This document shows, piece by piece, positions 56,497-64,000 of a DNA stretch of 64,000 bases (its first letter is position 1; each line of letters starts with the position of its first letter). The DNA is from Podarcis melisellensis (lineage: Eukaryota). The notes under the pieces were generated by a model. The model did not search any database. It saw only the letters and a program-made list of their open reading frames with translations, and was not told the DNA's origin. Position numbers and translations under genes: made by a program. The stretch lies in the NCBI GenBank assembly GCA_964234715.1, contig OZ174280.1. One strand, written 5' to 3'.

Positions 56497-56711
56497 TACA
56501 GTGGTACCTCTGGTTAAGAACTTAATTCATTCCAGAGGTACATTCTTAACCTGAAACTGTTCTTAACCTGAGGTACCAGGTTAAGCTAATGGGGCCTCCC
56601 GCTGCCGCCACGCCGCCACCGTGCGATTTCTGTTCTCATCCTGAGGAAAAGTTCTTAACCCAAGGTACTATTTCTGGGTTAGCGGAGTCTGTAACCTGAG
56701 GTACCACTGTA
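56497..56711. mobile_element. Tc1/mariner-type MITE
   Basis: TA-CAGTGGTACCTC ... GAGGTACCACTG-TA TIRs with internal GTTCTTAACCTGA repeats. Confidence 0.9.
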
Positions 56712-57585
56712 TTAGGGCTCTTGCACACTGCTCCAGACTTGAAAACATCACTTGAAGTAAATTTGCAGCTTCTGATCTGATTCTTTACCTCCATTGGTTG
56801 TGTGGAGGGGGCATTATATAGAAGGTCAAGTGGAGAGATAGATGGGGCCTCAGATATATTGAACAAAGAACTGTGGTGGAGTCTGAGAAAGGTAGCAGGG
56901 GGGCGGGGAGAGAAGTCTAGAGCCCCACAGTCTAGAGCCTACTTATCATGAAAGGCCCTTCCAGACTGTTGCTTTATTGTGGGTGCATTCTGCTACATGT
57001 TGGTGACACAATAGTAATGGATCTGTGGTGAATTTATTCTGCGTTATTAGTTCTGCAACACTTCCCCAGTCCTACCATATAATTACTGTCCAGATGAGCT
57101 TTCGTGCAAGAAAAGCGTGGCAAAAATAAACCATAATATTTGTGGTATAAAAAGCCACAAGGTTTTAGCAGAAAGATATGGGACATGCACTGACTGGAAA
57201 TGAAGCAGTGTGACCACCCCAACATTTTTGCAGGCATAAGTAGTATTGAAAATGAGATTATGTATGAGCACCTGGATAGCATGAGGAGCACAAATCATGA
57301 ATGTGTGATAAAAAGTATGGATGAAAGGGTCCAAAGTCTGTGAATAATAAACATATCTGAAGAGCCCCCATCCTCAGTCAGTCCATTTAAGTCCAGAATT
57401 TAAAATTACCTCATTGACCCGCTGAGGGGGAAATGGCTGCTGTTCCTCAGCTGGCTGTGACTCATGCTCGTTAGGCACATGGCTTGTATTAAGGAGAATC
57501 AGAGTGGGCAGGATAGAGGGCTGTAGCTAATGCTAGGAATTCAGTCATGTCTTATTAATTTCCATGGGCCTACTCTGAGAAGCAC

Positions 57586-57815
57586 TACAGTGGTACCTCA
57601 GGTTAAGTACTTAATTCGTTCCGGAGGTCCGTACTTAACCTGAAACTGTTCTTAACCTGAAGCACCACTTTAGCTAATGGGGCCTCCTGCTGCTGCCGCG
57701 CCGCCGGAGCACAATTTCTGTTCTCATCCTGAAGCAAAGTTCTTAACCTGAAGGACTATTTCTGGGTTAGCAGAGTCTGTAACCTGAAGCGTATGTAACC
57801 TGAGGTACCACTGTA
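57586..57815. mobile_element. Tc1/mariner-type MITE (same family as 56497)
   Basis: TA-CAGTGGTACCTCAGGTTA ... TAACCTGAGGTACCACTG-TA. Confidence 0.9.
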
Positions 57816-58823
57816 GTACTGAATACAGCCTGGAGTGATTGGTGCCTACCCACTTTGAACGTACTTGCCAATATTGGATAATGTGTGACTTGCAGGTGGG
57901 GTCTGGGCAGCCAAACCTGCTTGGTGAGTCCCCAAGCCTGACTCACTGAGTGACGAGACAGGTGGAGCCCTGGACTGTTTAGCAGCCAGCCCTCACGCCT
58001 GGTCAGTGCTGAAGAGAGCCAAGCCCTGGCAGCACCATGGCCCTGAGTGTCAGCGTCAAGAGGGTCACCCACCTGCCAGGGACAGGGGAGCGGCAGGTGC
58101 AACTGAATTTCCGAGGTGCGGAGCATGGGGAGGCGCGGGGAAGGAAGTCGGGGTGAGGTGGGAAGGAAAGGAAATGCATCCAAGGTTTGGGGAAGGGGGG
58201 AAGGAACTGGTAGCCCAGGAATCTGTTTGCTTTAGCCTGAGGTGATGAAAATGCATCAGGGGGCCAAGATGCAGGTGTGTGGGACTCTGTGCATTGTGTA
58301 GAGGTACCACTGCCGTTCCTTTTCAGTTATATGAACATGTCTGTTATGTGAGCTGTGGCCCTGCTTGTTCTGTCATGGAATCTGCTTGTTCATATAACCT
58401 TGAAGAAAGTTCTGAAACCGAGGAACTCTTCACACATGATACATTTAAAAAACAGCAACACAGATAGCACTCTCTGTTTTGAAAGTGCCTGCATCTGTGT
58501 GTACAACATCACATGTAACAAACATACCGGTCTCTGTCTGTTTCACTACAAGAGTGTGCTATGGGAACTGGCCCCCAATTCAGGGCTTCCCTCAACTGTA
58601 ATATGTGGTGAAGTAGCCATGTGTATGTAAAATACACAGGACTGTATATGCACATATTTAATTTCTTACAAGGATGTACTTAGCTGTATAGAAGATTTGT
58701 TGTGGGAAGCAGCTCTCTTTAAGAGAAAAAGAAATGGTTTCTCCTCAGTCACAAACACACAGCCTCAAAAGAAATACAGTACCTCTTAAATCTTATAACC
58801 ACTTAGGAGCAAATATTCATCCC

Positions 58824-59157
58824 CAGTCCTATTTTTCTAGAAAAAGAGGTGCTGGAACTAACCATGAACGCTTCCCTTGTTCTCTTATAATGACAATGGT
58901 GCCCACCTGAGAGGTGCCAGAACTGAGTTCTGGTGAATTCCAGCTACCGTATTTTTTGCACCATAACACTCATTTTTTTCATCCTAAAAAGTAAGGGGAA
59001 ATGTCTCTGCGTGTTATGGAGGGAATGCCTACTGGTGGCATGCCTACGGATTTTCCTCCTCTAAAAACTACGTGCGTGTTATGGTCGGGTGCGTGTTATA
59101 GAGCGAAAAATATTGTCTTTTTTAAAAAAATCTAAATTAGCTTTAAAAAAAGGCCTG
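58824..59157. mobile_element. hAT-type MITE interrupted by a Tc1/mariner MITE (58945-~59116)
   Basis: Outer ends CAGTCCTATTTTT...AAAAAGGCCTG with degenerate 8-bp TSD TTCATCCC/TTCGTTCC; inner TACCGTATTTTT element related to 40993-41345. Confidence 0.65.
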
Positions 59158-60043
59158 TTCGTTCCTAATTTATGTACACATTACTAGTAACAAGATGTGG
59201 AGGCAGAATTCAGATTGTCCAATCACCTGAATGGACAATATTTTGTGCTGGAGATAGGACAGCAAAAAAATATATATAGAAACCCATTCTGCAATGTTAA
59301 TCTTAATTGGACGTTAATTTAATGGAGGTCAGCAAGATATAGGAATTATCAAAAGATCCCACTTTTCCTAGAATATTACTTCTTGTGCAGGAAAAACCTA
59401 ATGTATGAAGTAGCATTCATCTCCAAGTAACTATGCTCTGGCTACAAGGGTTCTTTTAGATCTTTTAGGCAATGCTTCCAGTGATTTGAATTACCCACCT
59501 CAGAAACATTTTCACTTCTCTGTCCAAGGAGGGATTTCTTTCTCTTGTAGCTTTTTTTTGTCAGTCAGTCATTTCCTCTTTGGTCTCTATTTAAGTCCAG
59601 CAACTCACCAGTAGTTGTTGACTCAGTAGCTGATAACAGCCTAGTATCCTTTGTGTACATTCCATTCCACTGCAATGAAATATGTGCTAAAGGAAAGAGG
59701 TGTTCCCATCTGCTTGTTAAAAAGTGGCAGTGAATTATCAGGTCATGTCTTAGTTATGGTGATAATCCATGTGCTAAGCTTTGTTTCCTTTGTACAACCA
59801 AGAAACCCAGATAGGTGAACAGTTTTTTCCTTTAAATTAAAACAAAAAATTATGATAATTTCATCTAGCAACCTGTCTCCCTCCCCTGTGTCACACTCTC
59901 TATAATCCCAGAAATCCTTGTGCCCTGGTTCCCCCTTATTTAGAGCATTCATGTCATACAACAACTTCTAATACTATGTAGAGGCTTCCTCTCCGCATAT
60001 CCAGGGATAATTCCTCTTATGCTAAAAGAAAGTTATTTGTGTA

Positions 60044-60288
60044 TGTTAAGTTGTGGGCAAACATATCAGACGACACAGCAATTCTTCCAAAGCAGCTCTT
60101 TATTTGTAAGCTGGAACAGAACTAACTGAGGAGCTCAGTCAGCCTGCTTATATAGAGCTCCAGAACAATGTAACTGTTGCCATTTTCTAAAACTATCCAA
60201 TCACTGAATGTCACTTTCGATCCTTCATTTGCATAACTATCTACAGTATCCCCCTGCTGGCCCAGGGTGAGAACTTCAGTACGTAACA
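60044..60288 (-). mobile_element. Solo LTR (245 bp) of an LTR retrotransposon
   Basis: TGTTA...TAACA termini, perfect 5-bp TSD GTGTA (60039-60043 and 60289-60293), and minus-strand TATATAAG followed by AATAAA. Confidence 0.85.
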
Positions 60289-63200
60289 GTGTACAAAAGT
60301 TCAGTATGACAGTGAATTAAAAGCTCACACCACCAAATGCAAGCTAGAGTTTTGCTTTCAGTTCTGGGAAAAGCTTCTAAAGTCACCATTATTTAGTCTT
60401 CCTCCTTGCATGCATTCTACCATGGCTACGGGGGGGGGGGGGGCTTAGACCATTTTGTTATCTATATAGTAATGAGGATACTAACAGTACCGGTAATTAG
60501 AATGCTTGACTTAGATCAGGAATACCCAGCTTCAAATCCCCATTCAGCCGCAAAGCTTCATGGGTGATACTGGGCCAGACATATACTCTCAGCCCCGGAA
60601 CCCATCACAGCATTGTTGTGTGGATAAAATGCAAGGGGGCATACACAATGGCAAGGATAACGTTTCTGTTTCTTTTAAATAACAACAGTGGGATGATGAA
60701 GTCTGAGACATCACCTGTGCATATCCCTTCAGACAACTGGTTTCCAAAACACTCTTTAGATAGCAATTGGCTTTAGGTGTGCTATTGTGATTAAGTCTGG
60801 TATATACCTCAAAAAGACACAGGTGGCTTTATCAAAGGTGTCAGTGCTCTGAGTTCTCCCTGCACAGCAGCATGGGAAGTCCTATCAGGAAGGCCTTACC
60901 AGGTAACTCAAGTGCAAGGCAAAGGGTGACCAGGAATGTTTTCTGAGGTGTGGTGCTTTTCTAGGCAAAATTATTTGGATCTCTGTTTTCTAAACACATG
61001 CTAGTAGCAGCATGCTAAGGCTAGAGAGAAGCTTCTGTTAGTATCAGATTCATTGAAGTACAACACTCATTGTTCCTGACTGTTGGTCAGTCATACTACC
61101 TGGGGCTGATGGGAGCTGGAGTCCAACAAGATCTGGAGGGCCAAAGGTTCCTCATCCCTGCCATAGGCATCTGGGTTGGCTGTTGTGAGAACGGGTTAAC
61201 CACTATTCTAGAATGACAATCTGCATTTTGTTCTAAGGTTTTACTCAGAAGACAAAGAAGATACACTCTGGCCAGGAAGTAGTCTTTGGAGAGGTAAGGA
61301 AGCATTACATTGTGCTCAAAGAGGATTGAGTTTTCAGTTATGACACATTAGCATATGCTCCCAAAGTGTTTATGGACAAGTGCCTTCACACTTGACATGT
61401 CTACCACAGCAAAATAGTGTCCCCAGGCTGATGTATAGCGTGAAGCAGCATGATCTGGCTGAAGGCATGCTTGTGCTCTTAGCCACCAAATCTCATTCTG
61501 CCCCACAGTCTACTTTTATTAAATCATAATTTCCCCAGTATATTAAGTTAGGTTATTAAGCAATAAGAGAAAGTGATGACAAGCCTTCTCTCACCATTGT
61601 TTAATGTGTGAAGTTCTGTGACTCAAAAGATGTGATGACTGTCTTACTCTCATGTGTTCTTTTAAGATACCCCATACCTTGGTACCCATCTAACTATATA
61701 TGAGAGCCCTCACCATCCTCCAGATGTTTCGGATGACTTGCCTCAACAACATGGCTGGGGCTGGTGGGAGTTATAGTCCAAAATATCTGGAGGGCACCAG
61801 GTTGGTGAAGGCTGGTATATGTCATGAAGAACTGGGGAAGTGGGCTCTTCAGGAGCTCCAGGAGCCCACCATGAATTCTGCTGCTCGTCTTTTCTTTTTA
61901 GCTTTTTCGCTGGCCACACTATGGAAAGCTGATTATGGAAGAGATGCTGATTGTTAAAGTTTACAACTGCAGTAAGGTATTCAGTAATAGGTAAGTTCAT
62001 ATTTATTTCAAGCGGGTGACTGTGAGGCACTAGCTAGATTTAGGCTTAGGGCAACAAGCCTGGCTGATGTCACCAATGTATGTGTCCATTTCACAAATTT
62101 CACAGAAATCAACACATGCCTCCATTGGGAAGGTCTTGTTGCTGTACTTTGCCTCAGGCAAATTGTGTTCTTTATGACTTTATGACCTTCCAGTGGATTC
62201 TGGATGGCACAACTGGGTTAAGTGGAGTTAAAATATATGCCCTTGGCTTAAATATCAACAGAATTAAATTTTGGTGATTTGGATGGAGGAGTATCGCGAG
62301 TTGTCTAAATCAGAGCTCAACTGAAGCAGATGGTGGGTTCTAAACTGACCTGATGAATCCCTAATCCATATTCACCCTCTTCTTTGCCTACAGCCAAATA
62401 CTCATGCTTTGACACATACAGGCAGCCACCCCAGAGAGGTCAAATGTCAATATGGGATCACATTTTGTGAAGTCACCAGGGTGTGGGAGGTGCAATGGCA
62501 GGTACATAAGTGGACATTGTTGAGAAACATTGCCACTGAACAATTGCAAGGCAATCAAGTTGTACGAGCACTAGAGCTGGTTGAGATTGCAAACACTACT
62601 CCTTTGCTTGTACAAACGACAACCATTTTGAGCAGGCGTTCTGTTCCTTGCCCCCCCCCACGCATCGGCAGAGCATGCATAAGCCTGCCCTGCCCTGCCC
62701 CATAACAGCCCATTACGCCCCACCCACTGCACCCTATTCTGCCTCCCATTCCACCCCCATTCTGCCCTCTTCCAGGACAAAAGGACCCAGAGGTCAGTGG
62801 TCACGTGTCAATTGGATGCATGTAAAATGGCCTCCGTCTGAATTCAACACCCACCAGTGCACGGCAAAAGGTGCATTCCTAGGGGGTCCGTTATAAGTAG
62901 GGAAGAAGAAGGGCTCACATGGTAGTCTAACCTTTCTCCTGTCCCAGCACTTCAACTCAGACACCTTTAAACATTCCAAAACAGCAAGAGAGACATGGGA
63001 GGAGGTGGTAAAGGCACTGGAGAAGCAGTGGCACAAGTGCAGGAGACTCAAGTGCTTTTAACCTGTTAAAGATATATCCATGATCTCTTGGCTGATACCT
63101 GGGTACCCTAATGGTCACATGTGTATACATGCCTGCCTGCACACAAAGAAATGCAGTCTTCCTCAGTCTTTTCAATGGGTGGAATAGGAATAGTCAGATG

Positions 63201-63547
63201 TTGCTGGACTGCTGAGCTCCACATCCCTGATTCCCTGACTGTTGGTCATGCTGGATGGGGTTGATGTCCAATAGCATCTGGAGGGTACTGCATTGGCTAC
63301 CCATGATGCAGAGTTACCAGCTCACACTGATATGTTTGTATTCATGTCTCATCATCCCCCAGCATACTTTAGTACTCTGTTTCAACATTGCTTATTCTTT
63401 CATTATAGATTACTTGGTTCCTTAGTTATAAGCCTTCAGCACTTAGTAACATCTGGACGACTAAACATCAGAGAGGCCCTGGTTGACAAAAACCACAGCA
63501 TCACAGGTGTAAGTAGTTTGACTATCATCAGAATACTGGGATAGCTG

Positions 63548-63700
63548 CATGGGTGTAGCCAAGGGTAGGGCTGGGGGGGGCAACTGCGCCCCCCCCAGTT
63601 CAAATAAAACAATAGAAATACTTAACTAACTGACCAATCACATCAGTTCTGCCCCCTATCAAAGTCCTGCCCCCCCCAACAAAAATCCTGGCTATGCCCA
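63548..63700. mobile_element. hAT-type MITE
   Basis: CATGGGTGTAGCCA ... TGGCTATGCCCAG inverted ends with G/C runs. Confidence 0.55.
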
Positions 63701-64000
63701 GGGATTCTTGAAAAGCACCAGTGAGCTGGCTTTTGAGTTCCACAGCTAACTTGACAAAGCACTTAATATGTGTTAGGCTCCTATTTGCTGGAAATAGATC
63801 CTACATGAGTTATGGAAGATTCTTTCTGCAGACATCTTCCACTGCTAACATGGTTAGATTTTGGATTTGGGCGTGCACAAAAAAATGGTCCATTTATTAT
63901 ATGTTTAATTCCACCATTCCTCCAAAGAGCTCAGAACAGCATACATGGTCCCTGCCTCACAACTGCCCTGCGAGGTGGGTTAGACTGAGATACTAGTCCT

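Noticed and set aside
56497-57815. Repeated GTTCTTAACCTGA units as a CRISPR-like array
   Set aside because: Internal subterminal repeats of mariner-type MITEs in a vertebrate genome; no spacer structure or cas genes.
54500-64000. A further gene downstream of CPNE1
   Set aside because: No exon-like peptides or CpG island recognised; the region is dominated by MITE/SINE/LTR relics, though small exons could have been missed.

Overview
Vertebrate genomic DNA, most likely from a squamate and probably a lacertid lizard (BovB, Sauria SINE, Squam3-like and tRNA-Ile/CR1-tail SINEs, CR1/L2 LINEs, Tc1/mariner and hAT MITEs). The window holds the complete RBM12/CPNE1 shared-promoter locus on the + strand. 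It has a CpG-island promoter (~1.0-2.2 kb), a non-coding exon at 4393-4479, and the intronless RBM12 CDS, whose start codon lies inside an N-gap and whose stop is at 11127. About 25 kb further on is the 15-exon CPNE1 (copine-1) CDS (36300-50770, 534 aa), reconstructed by hand with canonical GT-AG junctions. The main discovery is an extra, tandemly duplicated copy of CPNE1 coding exon 7: 7a (46336-46431) lies only 67 nt upstream of the canonical 7b (46499-46597). It is intact, in the same phase, and keeps the Ca2+-binding aspartates of C2B loop 3, so it is a strong candidate for mutually exclusive splicing that swaps the calcium/membrane-binding loop. No other gene was recognised, and the rest is intron/intergenic DNA rich in transposon relics. 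Repeat family names and ortholog comparisons come from recalled consensus sequences, not from a database search.
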